From contig JBKHFH010000002.1 of assembly GCA_046540335.1 (NCBI GenBank), positions 5,287-69,286 of the forward strand: a DNA stretch of 64,000 nt. Direction: 5' to 3'. Each line of letters begins with the position of its first letter. Position 1 is the stretch's first letter. Source of the stretch: Thermoplasmata archaeon. Lineage in GTDB: Archaea; Thermoplasmatota; Thermoplasmata; Halarchaeoplasmatales; Halarchaeoplasmataceae. Position numbers and translations under genes: made by a program. Positions 19,050 to 29,644 of this stretch are shown in pieces. The notes under the pieces are model-generated. The model did not search any database and was not told where the DNA came from. It was given only the letters and a program-made list of their open reading frames with translations.

Positions 19050-20306
19050 GTGCCTTCCGAAGAGGGTAGGGATAACAAAAAGTTCGGAACGCTGAGCGGT
19101 GTTTTCGTACCGACTCTTCTCACCATACTCGGAGTCATACTGTTCTTGAGACTCGGATGGGTGGTACGTCAAGTGGGACTCGTAGGCGCATGGGTAGTGA
19201 TAGGCTTGGCGTTCTTCATCACTGGTATAACAGTCTTATCGATGTCTTCTATAGTAACGAACATGAAGATAGGTCCCGGCGGCGCTTACTCCATAATCGC
19301 TCGTTCTCTAGGTATGGAAGTCGGTGGAAGCATCGGCGTACCTCTATACGTCTCCTTATCCCTCTCCATGGTGTTGTACATCTTCGGTTTCAGAGAAGGA
19401 CTCAGGATGTTACTCCCTCGATATTCACCTCTACTCATAGATTTTGTCGTGTTCGCAGTATTATTCCTTGTAGTTTATATGAGCACCTCTTTCGCTTTCA
19501 AGGTTTAGTATTTCATACTAGCTGTGGTCATCGGTGCTATAATCGCATCCATGGCCGCAGGAATATCTTTTGACATCTCATATCAGATGACTTCACCTAG
19601 AACTGAAAGTTCTTTCTGGATCGTTTTCGCTGTTTTCTTTCCCGCCGCAACCGGGATAATGGCGGGGGCGAACATGTCAGGTGAACTCAAAGATCCGAGG
19701 AACAGCATCCCCTTGGGAACTCTTTCAGCCATCCTGGTCAGTTTGGTAATCTACATGATGCTAGCGTACTGGTTCGCCGGTTTGGCTTCTCCGGCGGAAT
19801 TGGTCTCTAACTTCACGATAATGATCGATCGTGCTTTTTTCGGCCCGCTGGTCCTCGGCGGTCTTCTCGCTGCCACTTTTTCTTCTGCACTCAACTCCAT
19901 GGTCGGGGCCTCTAGGATCTTACAGGCGATGAGCACCCACCATATCTTACCGGGCAATAAGTGGTTATCGAAAAAATCAGGTTCAGGCGAACCAAAAAAT
20001 GCTATCTTGTTCACCGCGTTAATAGTCTCTTTAGGCCTCTTAACCAGAGACCTAAACACCATCGCACCTCTCATCACGATGTTCTTTCTAGAACGATTAT
20101 TGAGCGAAGCGAGGATGCCGATCGACGATGTAATAGTAAAAGCGACGACCACTGAGGAATGGCTAGATGATGCCCCTCAAGCAGACCTGAACATCTTCAG
20201 TTTGCCCCCTAATCCTGACTTCGATAAGATCAGATATCAGTTAGAAAAGAGCAATTCCGCCTGCATGTACTGTAGAGATTCGACCAGGGAAAGCGTACTT
20301 GCGTGA
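19050..20306 (+). pseudogene. SLC12-family cation-chloride cotransporter homolog (APC superfamily), interrupted by an in-frame TAG at 19506-19508 and apparently truncated at the C-terminus
   Basis: 'KFGTLSGVFVPTLLTILGVILFLRLGWVVRQVGL' and 'FPAATGIMAGANMSGELKDPRNSIPLGTLSAIL' are strong SLC12 TM1/TM6 signatures; ORFs 19050-19508 and 19524-20306 share one frame and read continuously as '...AFKV*YFILAVVIG...'; only about 10 TM segments remain. Confidence 0.55.
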
Positions 20307-20460
20307 AATTCATAGGCGGATGTTCGAAATAAAGGACCAGTCCTCTAAAAGTGTTATCTTCTTGCCGTCTTGTTTGTAACCTATGGAAAAATTACTTATA
20401 CTTCAATGGACAAACTCCCCTGCCGCTTTGTATCATCAAGAATCAAATTTGGTGTAATAT

Positions 20461-21465
20461 ATGACTGTAAAGAAAGGAGCGAAGAACGCAGTGAAGGAGT
20501 GTATGGGTGTTAGACCCGATGAAAATGTCGTTATCATCTCTGATTCTAACACTGCCAAGATAGGAAAAGATCTGAAAAGCGCAGCCCAGAACATAACTGA
20601 CGATGTAAAATTTTTCAATCTCAACTCTTACGGAGAGAGGCCGCTCTCCTATTTTCCAGACGAGATAAAGCAGCAGGTCGATATGGCAGATGTGACATTT
20701 TGGACAGCGAAATCCTACGACAGAGAACTGGAATCTTTGAGGATGCCCTTCATAGAATCCGCGGTCGACGGAGGTAGGCACGGTCATATGGTCAACGTGA
20801 CTGAAAATGTTATGAAGCGGGGGATGACAGCGGACTATCAAAAGATAAAAGAGTTCACGGAAAAATTGAGAGAAAAACTCGTAGATACCGAGACCATCAG
20901 GGTCGAGAACGAACAGGGTACCGATATAAAGGCGAGCTTTTCGGATAAATACGAATGGGTCCCTTCTACTGGCATTTACAAGGAGGAGGGCTACTGGGGA
21001 AACCTTCCTGACGGTGAGATCTTCACCGCTCCAGCCGGTTTGGAAGGAAAACTGGTTGTAGACGGTATGCTGGGCGATCATTTTCCCAACAAGTACGGCC
21101 ACGAAGATCTGAAGAAAACGCCCGTGATCGTCGAGGTGGAGAACAACGGAAAACCCCGCGCTACCGAGGTCAGATGTGAGAACGAAGAACTGGAAGATGA
21201 ATTGAAAGATTATCTATCTCGAAACGAGTGCACCTCGATAGTAGGTGAATTCGGGATGGGGACCAACATATTTCTCGATGGTTTCACCAACAATTCTCTT
21301 CTGGACGAGAAGTACCCTGGAGTACATATCGCTTTCGGTGATCCCCTGGGTATGGATACCGGGGCGGATTGGAGCTGTACCGAACACCTTGATATGATCC
21401 TCACGAAGACCGATGTTTGGTTGGACAATGAGAAGGTGATCGAAAACGGTGAATACCTGATCTGA
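20461..21465 (+). CDS. M29-family aminopeptidase (AmpS / aminopeptidase T-like)
   Basis: 'LPDGEIFTAP', 'GVHIAFGD' and 'CTEHLDMIL' M29-like motifs; 334 aa. Confidence 0.65.
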   Translation: MTVKKGAKNAVKECMGVRPDENVVIISDSNTAKIGKDLKSAAQNITDDVKFFNLNSYGERPLSYFPDEIKQQVDMADVTFWTAKSYDRELESLRMPFIESAVDGGRHGHMVNVTENVMKRGMTADYQKIKEFTEKLREKLVDTETIRVENEQGTDIKASFSDKYEWVPSTGIYKEEGYWGNLPDGEIFTAPAGLEGKLVVDGMLGDHFPNKYGHEDLKKTPVIVEVENNGKPRATEVRCENEELEDELKDYLSRNECTSIVGEFGMGTNIFLDGFTNNSLLDEKYPGVHIAFGDPLGMDTGADWSCTEHLDMILTKTDVWLDNEKVIENGEYLI

Positions 21466-21560
21466 TGAAATCGGTCACGCAATTTTACTAGACTCTAGTA
21501 TATCTATATCGAAAAAACGACCTGTTTTTTAAAAGGTAAAAAAGAAAAAGGGATTTTGTT

Positions 21561-23057
21561 TTACTCGCTCTCTTCTACAACAGCGCCAGATAGTTTAGAG
21601 TGCGGGATGTGTACTTTCTTGCCCATCTCGGTTTCGAGCGCGATAGAATAGCGTCCCACTGATTTTACCGTACCTTCGTAATCTTCGACCTTTATCTTGT
21701 CTCCCTTAGAAATAGTCTGTCCGGACTGTATGGATCCAACTAGATTGAGGAAGACATCTTTGGAACCATAGGCGAATCCGACACCGAGTCCTAGGAATAT
21801 TGCACCGACCGCTATTCCGAACACCAGATACAATATGGGCACTTCGATACCTATCTGCGCTAAAGCCATCACGACAGCTATGTAGATGACCAGTATCTGT
21901 ATCCCTTTTGCCATGAAGCTCACGAAAGGCAGATTCAACTCTCCACCGTGTTCGATGACTTTATCGTGAAGCCAGGTCGCTATCCAGAAGCCGATCAATC
22001 CAATGAAGAGCGCGACTACAAGGTTCGGTAACCACAGTATCACTTCGTTCACGAGTTCTGCCAATTGATTGAACATACCCTCCCTGTTCAGTATACCGAC
22101 CGCGATCTGGATAAATATCAGCATGATGAAGACCTTCAACACGTAGGATAGTAACTTCAACGTGATCCCCTCTCGCTCTATCATCGATTCAACGGGTTCG
22201 ATGACTCTGTCGATCTCGAACTCCTTCAACATGTTGATGACTAGGTCGACCACGAAGTCGGTGACGATCAGTCCTATCATTATCACTGCTAAGGCCGTTA
22301 TCAACAGCGGGATCACGAGCAGTACTGGATTTATGAAGCTAGCCAGTATCGGTATCGCTATTATGTCTAGAGCTATGTTTATGAAGAACAGCAGTATGAA
22401 CGCTTTGACAAAGATGTATATTATATCCATCAGCGAAAAACCGGCCTTATCGCTCATCTTGTCGACTCTCTGAAGATCCTTAGACATCGGACTCTTCCTG
22501 ATGAATTGCTTCAAGAACTTGACGACCATCTCTGCAACGTAAAGACCTATGACCAGGATGATCACTGCAACTATCAAGCGTGGTATGAACAGTACGATCG
22601 GCGTCAAAATTTCGGTCAAAGTCTGTATCCCTGCGTAATCTAGGGCAATCTGTAGAAAGATCACGAAGATGAACCAGAAGAACAGTATACCGATCAGTCG
22701 AGATACCGAGTTGATACCGAGCTTCTTCACCTGCTTGCTTACACCGACTTTCCTCATCGCCTTTTCAACACCTATCTTTTTCAAGACTCTCGCTACGATC
22801 CCACCGGCTATCTTCGAGATTATGTAGCCTATTATAACGACCACTATAAAGAACACTAGACCAGGGATGAACTCCATAAAGTTCTCCCAGATGTCCGTGA
22901 ATACTTCCTGAAGTGTATCGATCACTAAAACGCTATTTCCCTCAGAAACCATTTCGCTATCAGCATTCCCTCCCATCGCTGAAACGCTGCTCAAGCCCAT
23001 AGTCAGTAGCATCAATAGCACTAGACTATAGGCTAAAAATCTGTTTTTATTTAGCAT
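21561..23057 (-). CDS. MscS-family mechanosensitive channel-like membrane protein with repeated conserved TM-helix motifs
   Basis: Signal peptide; five or more repeats of a 'xxLPxLIxAxIILxIGxxxA' TM-helix motif; C-terminal MscS-like beta-domain 'GDKIKVEDYEGTVKSVGRYSIALETEMGKKVHIPHSKL'. Confidence 0.55.
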   Translation of the reverse strand: MLNKNRFLAYSLVLLMLLTMGLSSVSAMGGNADSEMVSEGNSVLVIDTLQEVFTDIWENFMEFIPGLVFFIVVVIIGYIISKIAGGIVARVLKKIGVEKAMRKVGVSKQVKKLGINSVSRLIGILFFWFIFVIFLQIALDYAGIQTLTEILTPIVLFIPRLIVAVIILVIGLYVAEMVVKFLKQFIRKSPMSKDLQRVDKMSDKAGFSLMDIIYIFVKAFILLFFINIALDIIAIPILASFINPVLLVIPLLITALAVIMIGLIVTDFVVDLVINMLKEFEIDRVIEPVESMIEREGITLKLLSYVLKVFIMLIFIQIAVGILNREGMFNQLAELVNEVILWLPNLVVALFIGLIGFWIATWLHDKVIEHGGELNLPFVSFMAKGIQILVIYIAVVMALAQIGIEVPILYLVFGIAVGAIFLGLGVGFAYGSKDVFLNLVGSIQSGQTISKGDKIKVEDYEGTVKSVGRYSIALETEMGKKVHIPHSKLSGAVVEESE

Positions 23058-23290
23058 CTATATTCACCCAGCCTTATAAGTTTTTGATATTATATAAACG
23101 TTATGTGCAATTTCTTGATAATTTATAACCCATCATATATAAATGAATATATTCACGAATCTATGATCGGAGCCTTTTTCAATCCCTTTTCTTTAGATAT
23201 CTTCGAAGTTTTAAGGGAAGAGATCCCATAGTATCCTCTTATCACTTTGATCTGGTTGAAAACGATAGACCTTGCTGCTTTCAAAGAACT

Positions 23291-24574
23291 TCACTCGGAT
23301 ATCCAACCTCTATAGATATCGTCCCTGAATTCATCCGGTATCACTCTTTCCCCACTCATCTCCTCATAGTCCATTATCCCCTCTAAGATATTTTTCCTGT
23401 GAAGCTGCAGAAAGAAGCGGCTGAAATGCAAGAGCCAAAAAACCATCATCACTCCCAACAGAAGGAATAAATTCAGATCAAAAAAGATCACACTCACAAG
23501 GAAGGCTGCCATCCCCGCTAGAGTAACAGACATGAATATGGCCATCCTGACAGGAGAGATGACTCGAGAGGCACTCACCAATTTCTTCCACTTTACGGGA
23601 GGATACTTTGGAGTATCTCTGATAGGAACGTTCCATCTAGTTTTTATCTCGAACCAGTCGGGAAGGATACTTCGATCGTTTTTCAGTTCTTCCTCGATGA
23701 TCTCGCTGACCAGTTTTTTCTTTTTCCTCTGTTTCCTCCCGAAGTAAAGCGGTAGGTGCATCAGCAAGAGCCCGAGTGCGATCAGACCGATCAGACTCAT
23801 GCCGTTGTAAAGATTGACTCCTACCACGCCGATCCCAAATAGGGCAACGCCGATGATGATCATATAGAGATACCTATTCGTGTTGATCTCTTTTTGCAAT
23901 TTTTTCCAATCGTCATGAGTGTATCTTTCGATACTCTTTAGTTGATCTTCCTCCACATCGATATCTATAGACTGGAAAACCTCTTCAGTTTTTTCCGGTG
24001 ATCTTTGAGAGACCTGCTCATAAGTCGCCTCGGCTTTCTTGTACTTCATGATTATATTCATCCCGAACATCGCACTGACCATAACGAAGGCAAAAAAAAT
24101 CATCAGTGTGAAGTCATCGATGGAAGTCCACAATCCGATCAATAGTATAACGAAGGGGACGATAACTGCCATCGCGCCGGCGCCGTAAACCAGTCCCTTG
24201 GGTTTTGAGAGCCTATTCTTGATATCTCTGATCTCCTCCATCCCGAGATAAGGTCTATCGATGTAAACTTCCTTCCACCTATCGCCCAGAGCTCTTCTAA
24301 AACTAGAGACCATTTCGTCGAGTTCTTTCTCTCTGGATTTTTGAATTTTCACTTTTTTACCCGAAGAGAGCAATACGGTAAGCCCAGTCCTTTCTAAAGG
24401 TCCCTGTATCTTGCTGTACTCGGGATAGATATTTTTCACTTCACTGAACGGCACGAAACGTTCTTCTTCTTTGGATTTCAACACGGGTACGGGCTCATCG
24501 AATCCCTCTTCGTAGATTACTAAAGGATACTTGAGTCGGTAGAATACAGGCAGCGTTATAGGGATGAATATCAA
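23291..24574 (-). CDS. hypothetical multi-pass membrane protein; the ORF extends upstream to an ATG at 24751 across an in-frame TAG at 24623-24625
   Basis: 427 aa from a TTG start, with several predicted TM helices; the upstream extension 'MRERWKK...YFYTMFT*LLGPFYEYWHYIIGGTL' is in the same frame and completes a two-TM N-terminus. Confidence 0.5.
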   Translation of the reverse strand: MIFIPITLPVFYRLKYPLVIYEEGFDEPVPVLKSKEEERFVPFSEVKNIYPEYSKIQGPLERTGLTVLLSSGKKVKIQKSREKELDEMVSSFRRALGDRWKEVYIDRPYLGMEEIRDIKNRLSKPKGLVYGAGAMAVIVPFVILLIGLWTSIDDFTLMIFFAFVMVSAMFGMNIIMKYKKAEATYEQVSQRSPEKTEEVFQSIDIDVEEDQLKSIERYTHDDWKKLQKEINTNRYLYMIIIGVALFGIGVVGVNLYNGMSLIGLIALGLLLMHLPLYFGRKQRKKKKLVSEIIEEELKNDRSILPDWFEIKTRWNVPIRDTPKYPPVKWKKLVSASRVISPVRMAIFMSVTLAGMAAFLVSVIFFDLNLFLLLGVMMVFWLLHFSRFFLQLHRKNILEGIMDYEEMSGERVIPDEFRDDIYRGWISE

Positions 24575-24800
24575 AGTGCCTCCGATGATATAATGCCAAT
24601 ACTCGTAAAAAGGACCGAGGAGCTAGGTGAACATGGTATAAAAATAAACGAATGTGAGGAGGTACCCTGATATGATCAGAGGCAAGACGAGTTTTCTGTT
24701 GAACACCCGCTCCTCAAATAGGACTGGACCTTTCTTCCATCTCTCTCTCATATCGTTAGGATATATATCTATAGTATATGATTTTTAATCTTTCCCCGGA

Positions 24801-25115
24801 TCATTCGAACCAGCCGGCTCTCTTCATCGCATTCTGGGCTATCTCGCCGCTTGGACCGTCCCCTCTCGCTACTGTCACGCCAACATCATCTAAGGATTCA
24901 GATATCTCGGCAACGTCTTCATGTGTGAATCCGGGGCACAAAATCATAGAGTCGATCTCTTTTTCCGAGGCGTAGGATTCAGCCACTTCTAGAGCTTCTT
25001 CCTGATCTCTAACCAGATTCACGTATAGAACGTACATGTCCGTCTCCATCTTCTCTCTATGCTTTTCCATATCCGCGTCAGGGCATTCCGCTATGAACAG
25101 ACTCTTGAATTTCAT
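24801..25115 (-). CDS. small hypothetical protein (104 aa)
   Basis: ORF only; the 'CPDAD' and 'CPGFTHEDV' motifs look like a small Rossmann-like fold; no family recognised. Confidence 0.35.
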   Translation of the reverse strand: MKFKSLFIAECPDADMEKHREKMETDMYVLYVNLVRDQEEALEVAESYASEKEIDSMILCPGFTHEDVAEISESLDDVGVTVARGDGPSGEIAQNAMKRAGWFE

Positions 25116-25178
25116 CTATATCTACCTGTTCGTATTAAGAGATGGATGAGGTATTAAACCTTATGAGCGGATACCGGA

Positions 25179-26414
25179 TCATATCTGGTTCTTGCTAAGC
25201 AGGAGTATTATCCCTCCAAGGACTCCGATCACGGCCAAGGAAGAAAGACCGTAATCATACGATCCGGTAAGATAGATCACGAAACCGACCAGTATCGGTC
25301 CTATCACGCTCACGCCGTTCCCTATACCGTTCATGGCTCCAGTAGCGGATCCCAAGAACTTCTGAGGGACCTTCGACTGCAGGAGTGTGAAGAATAGTGG
25401 AGGTGCAAGCTGACCGGTGAAGAATACCAGGAACAGAGATATCATCACCAGGCTTCTTGACTCGAAGTTTAGGTTGGTGAAGAGCACTATCATTACGGAA
25501 GCGGAAAACAAGGATGTCACGATGATCAGCTTTCTTTTACCGGTAATATCGCTTATCCAGGACCCCAATATGAGGGAAAGAACAGCACCCATATAAACAA
25601 AACTGGACCAGAAGGTCATCTGCGATAATTCCAGCCCCTGAGTTTCAACAAGATAAGTGGGCACCCAGAACGTAACGCCCCACCAGAGTGAAGACATCGC
25701 TATGAATCCCGCGAGTATCACTTGGAACTCTTTGTCCTTCACGAGTTTGAGAAGATCGTTACCGTCTGGCCCATCACTCTCATCGTTTTCTTCGCGTTTT
25801 TTAGAATCCGACGGAAACGAAGTGACGAACAAGATCACGGGAATCAGCAGCGCGAAGCCTATGAGACCAAGAGTATAGAAGGACAGTTCCCAGGTCGAAT
25901 TTATGATTATAGGGCGCATTATAAGTGGCGCGAGCATGACGCCGAGAGGTCCTCCTGCCATATAGATCGAGTTCGCTCTCCCCCTCTCCCTCGGGGAGAA
26001 CCACTGACCCGTTACCTTGCTGGCGACAGGGAACACGACTCCTTGACCCACGCCTAGGAGGAGTCTAGAGAAAAGGAAGATCCAGTATATGTGTCCCATC
26101 AAAGCTCCCATCCCGAGAGCTAGAGACCAAGTGATCATGGAGAGGACGAGGAGAAACCTTGGTCCGAATCTATCGACGTACCTTCCAAAATATATGTTGG
26201 AAAAACCGTAACCCACCAGAAAGATCCCCATCAGTACTCCTCCCAGGCTGCCTTTTTGAGCGCTGGTCCATCCCATATCTCCCGAAATCATCGGAAGAGC
26301 GACAGACACGCTCATCCTGGCAAGATAACTGACGGTCACTACCGTCACTAGAATGACTGAGATGAACCACCTATACTTTTTTGAGAGGTGGATACTAGGG
26401 ATCTTATCGAACAT
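25179..26414 (-). CDS. MFS transporter
   Basis: 12-TM topology; MFS loop motif 'GRYVDRFGPR' between TM2 and TM3. Confidence 0.8.
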   Translation of the reverse strand: MFDKIPSIHLSKKYRWFISVILVTVVTVSYLARMSVSVALPMISGDMGWTSAQKGSLGGVLMGIFLVGYGFSNIYFGRYVDRFGPRFLLVLSMITWSLALGMGALMGHIYWIFLFSRLLLGVGQGVVFPVASKVTGQWFSPRERGRANSIYMAGGPLGVMLAPLIMRPIIINSTWELSFYTLGLIGFALLIPVILFVTSFPSDSKKREENDESDGPDGNDLLKLVKDKEFQVILAGFIAMSSLWWGVTFWVPTYLVETQGLELSQMTFWSSFVYMGAVLSLILGSWISDITGKRKLIIVTSLFSASVMIVLFTNLNFESRSLVMISLFLVFFTGQLAPPLFFTLLQSKVPQKFLGSATGAMNGIGNGVSVIGPILVGFVIYLTGSYDYGLSSLAVIGVLGGIILLLSKNQI

Positions 26415-26470
26415 AGATTCATCTCCGTATAAAAGGGGGGCTTATCAAGTTTCTGTCTGTATATAAAGTC

Positions 26471-29176
26471 CTAGATCCTCTCTCTTACTTCCCTCTCGAT
26501 CTGGCCTATGACCAATGGTATCAAACTCATCCCTATCACGAGCACCCAGCCGATAAGGCCAGGGTCTTCAGTTCGGAGAACGTGTGAGATGCCCGGAAGG
26601 TAAACGGCGGCGACAAGGATCAAAGTGCACAGTCCCAAAGCGCCCCAAACGTACTTGTTCTTGGTGACCTCGTTATTAAGCACGTCTGAAGTCAATTCAC
26701 GCATGTTGAAAACGTGCCAGAGCTGTGCAAAAGCCAACGTCAAGAACGATATAGTGACCACCTTGTTCTCGGACATATTCAGTGAGAGTATTTCACCCCC
26801 TAAACCCATGGATAATACCGTAGCGACGCCTATAACTGAGCCGTAAAATCCAAGTTCGTACCAATTGGTTCTTTTAAGAATCGGTTCTTCAGGGTCACGG
26901 GGTGGCTTATCCATGATATCCTCGCTTCCCCGACAGGCTCCCAACGCAAAAGCCGGGAAGACATCGTTGACAACGTTCAAAAACAGGATCTGGAGCGGAA
27001 GCAGAGGGAGTGGGAAACCGATTATAGATGCGAAGAGGATGGCTAACAACTCGCTTATATTGCAGGACATGAGGTAAACGACGAACTTTCTTATATTGTT
27101 GAATATCACTCTACCTTCTTCCACCGCCCTCTCGATCGTCGAAAAATTATCGTCCTGAAGTATCATATCAGCGGCTTCTTTCGCGACCTGCGTTCCTCTT
27201 TCTCCCATCGCTATGCCTATGTCCGCTTTCTTCAGTGCGGGTGCGTCGTTCACACCGTCTCCCGTCATGGCGACAATAGAACCGTTTTTCTGGTGTATCT
27301 CTATAAGGTCCAGCTTGTTCTCGGGATTGACACGAGCAAATATTGTCGCGTCGACAAAACGTTTGAACTGTTCATCGTCTAGACGGTCTGGAGTGTCCAA
27401 TTCCCTACCCTCTATGACCTCTACATCTTGAGACTCTATCAAATTTAGACTGTATCCGACGTTTTTGGCCGTAGCTGCATGATCGCCGGTGACCATCACG
27501 ACTCTGATACCCGCATCCTTACACTTCTTGATAGCAGGTTTCACTTTCTCACGGGGCGGATCCATCATACCGACCAGTCCCAGAAAAGTAAGATCCTCGT
27601 ATGGGTCTTCTTCAGTGCTCCCGACCTCTTTTTTAGCGAGCGCTAATATCCTCAGACCGTATTCGGCCATCCGCTCGTTCTTCTGCATCCATTTTTCCTT
27701 CTTCTCCGGTGTCAGTTCCTCCACACCCTCAGAGGTCATCACTTTGTCAGCTCTCTCAAGTACGTTCTCTGGAGCGCCTTTGACCGCTACCTTGTATCTC
27801 CCACTCTCTTGCTCGTGATAGGTAGCCATCATCTTGACTTCCGGATCGAAGGAGATCTCCTTGCTCTCCGGCATATATTCCAGGAGTTGTTCTCTCTCGA
27901 TCCCTCCCTTCATACCGGCTATCAGGAGCGAGACTTCAAGAGGATCGCCCATTATCTCTTTTTCATCATGATCATAACTTATCGAAGCGTTGTTGCAGAG
28001 CACGCCGACTTCCAGCGACTCTCTGAGTACGGGATCGTCCGGTCTGTTTTTCTCGACACCCTCACATACGAATTTCCCCTCGTTATCTAGACCCGTCCCG
28101 GTCACATCAACTGAGCGGTTTTCGGTTTCGTACTTGTTAACCGTCATCCGATTTTCCGTCAACGTTCCAGTTTTATCCGAACATATTATATTCGTTGATC
28201 CGAGGGTCTCGACCGATGACAGTCTACTCAGGAGAGCGTTATGCTTAGCCATCCTTAGCATACCTCTCGCCAGAACGAGAGTTGCCACGATAGGGAGACC
28301 TTCCGGTACGGTGGCGATAGCCAATGCTATCGCCGTCTTTATCATCAGAAGTGTATCCATACCCCGGATTATGCCCGAAACGGCCACTATCCCCGCGACC
28401 ACTACAAGCAGAGGTATGAGCTTCTGACCTAATTTATCGAGTTTTTTCTCCAGCGGAGTCGTTTCCTCTTCCGCCTCCTCTATAGATTCAGATATCTGAC
28501 CGAGCTCCGTATCGGTGCCTGTAGCGACGACCAGGCCTTCAGCGGTCCCACGGGTCAGATAAGTACCTTTGAAGAGCATGTTGTCCCTTTCAGCCAACGG
28601 CGCCTCTTTATCGACAGCTTCGATCGTCTTACCGACCGGTATAGATTCTCCCGTGAGTGCAGATTCATCGGCCTGCAGTTTCGACGTTTCGATCACTCTT
28701 AGGTCCGCCGGGACCATATCACCAGATTGTAACGTTACTATATCGCCAGGCACTAACTCGTTCGCGGGGATCTTTTTTACCTCACTGTCTCTCCGTACGT
28801 GGGTATCTATCCTTGTCATCTCATGGAGAGCTTCCATCGAACTTACGGCTCTCGCCTCGGTAACAAAACCGATTATAGAATTTGCGATCAGTACAGCAAA
28901 AATAGAGAGGCCTTCGATGAATTCTCCCATAAAAATAGATATTATGGCCGCACCGCCGAGAAGGATCACAAGGAAGCTTTTGAACTGCTCCACCAATATC
29001 TTCAAGCGGCTCTTCCTTTTGGTCTCTTTGAGCTTGTTTCTGCCGTACTTTTTTCGCCTCTTCTTGACCTCTTTCTCGTTGAGGCCTTCATCTTTAGAGA
29101 CTTGAAGCCGATATAGGGTTTCATCCGCAGATTTTCCCCAGGGCTTATCTATAGGTTGTTTTTCCTTAGAAGACAA
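26471..29176 (-). CDS. P-type cation-transporting ATPase, type IIA (Ca2+/SERCA-like)
   Basis: 'PEGLPIVATLVLA' in M4, 'CSDKTGTLTENRMTV', 'MVTGDHAATAKNVG' and 'AMTGDGVNDAPALKKADIGIAMG'; 901 aa. Confidence 0.9.
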   Translation of the reverse strand: MSSKEKQPIDKPWGKSADETLYRLQVSKDEGLNEKEVKKRRKKYGRNKLKETKRKSRLKILVEQFKSFLVILLGGAAIISIFMGEFIEGLSIFAVLIANSIIGFVTEARAVSSMEALHEMTRIDTHVRRDSEVKKIPANELVPGDIVTLQSGDMVPADLRVIETSKLQADESALTGESIPVGKTIEAVDKEAPLAERDNMLFKGTYLTRGTAEGLVVATGTDTELGQISESIEEAEEETTPLEKKLDKLGQKLIPLLVVVAGIVAVSGIIRGMDTLLMIKTAIALAIATVPEGLPIVATLVLARGMLRMAKHNALLSRLSSVETLGSTNIICSDKTGTLTENRMTVNKYETENRSVDVTGTGLDNEGKFVCEGVEKNRPDDPVLRESLEVGVLCNNASISYDHDEKEIMGDPLEVSLLIAGMKGGIEREQLLEYMPESKEISFDPEVKMMATYHEQESGRYKVAVKGAPENVLERADKVMTSEGVEELTPEKKEKWMQKNERMAEYGLRILALAKKEVGSTEEDPYEDLTFLGLVGMMDPPREKVKPAIKKCKDAGIRVVMVTGDHAATAKNVGYSLNLIESQDVEVIEGRELDTPDRLDDEQFKRFVDATIFARVNPENKLDLIEIHQKNGSIVAMTGDGVNDAPALKKADIGIAMGERGTQVAKEAADMILQDDNFSTIERAVEEGRVIFNNIRKFVVYLMSCNISELLAILFASIIGFPLPLLPLQILFLNVVNDVFPAFALGACRGSEDIMDKPPRDPEEPILKRTNWYELGFYGSVIGVATVLSMGLGGEILSLNMSENKVVTISFLTLAFAQLWHVFNMRELTSDVLNNEVTKNKYVWGALGLCTLILVAAVYLPGISHVLRTEDPGLIGWVLVIGMSLIPLVIGQIEREVRERI

Positions 29177-29340
29177 AAACTTTGACCCCCGATGATCATC
29201 TAAGATCTCATAAGGTGTAGAATGGAATAGGAAAATTTTATAAAAATCTTTCTCTGATTTTGAAGATGACTACACATTAGAGGGATAAAAAAATATTTAA
29301 ACTAAATAGACGTTATATAGATACTTAATGGGAGTGTGAT

Positions 29341-29643
29341 ATGATAGCAGAAGAAGAAAAAACTGGTATTTTTAAGAAGATAAAGGGGAAGTTCAAAGAT
29401 AGACCTGTGCGCCCTTCATCTAAAGTCAAAAAATTCGTGGAAAACAATCTACCGCGGTACATCGACGAGTACAAGCTCGCGGATCGATCCGATCTCAACG
29501 GCATCGATAAAAAAGTAGAACGATTCATGGGAGAACTGGATGAATTGGATGGCTGGAAAAAAGACACTGAAAGACGGATTGAAGATGATAAAAGAAGGGT
29601 AGAGAGGCTAAAAAAGAGAGTCGGTATGAAGGAGAGCGGGTAA
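29341..29643 (+). CDS. small basic/acidic coiled-coil protein, paralog 1 of 3
   Basis: 100 aa; C-terminal about 40-aa motif 'IDKKVERFMGELDELDGWKKDTERRIEDDKRRVERLKKRV' shared with the next two genes. Confidence 0.5.
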   Translation: MIAEEEKTGIFKKIKGKFKDRPVRPSSKVKKFVENNLPRYIDEYKLADRSDLNGIDKKVERFMGELDELDGWKKDTERRIEDDKRRVERLKKRVGMKESG

Positions 29644-29644
29644 G

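Noticed and set aside
19157-19573. 138-aa ORF bridging the two SLC12 fragments in another frame, suggesting a frameshift
   Set aside because: The two SLC12 halves are in the same frame and separated only by TAG. The bridging ORF is Arg/His-rich and reads like an off-frame artefact.
20443-21102. 219-aa minus-strand ORF
   Set aside because: It lies fully inside and antisense to the M29 aminopeptidase gene and has no family signal.
19506-24625. Pyrrolysine as the explanation for the in-frame TAGs
   Set aside because: It cannot be supported from this window. TAG terminates at least four well-defined genes here, no pyl genes are present in the window, and the SLC12 copy also looks C-terminally truncated. 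It is kept as a possibility in the finding above but not claimed.
26625-29116. Seven plus-strand ORFs of 68-178 aa
   Set aside because: All are antisense to the 901-aa P-type ATPase gene and are Ser/Leu-rich mirror ORFs.
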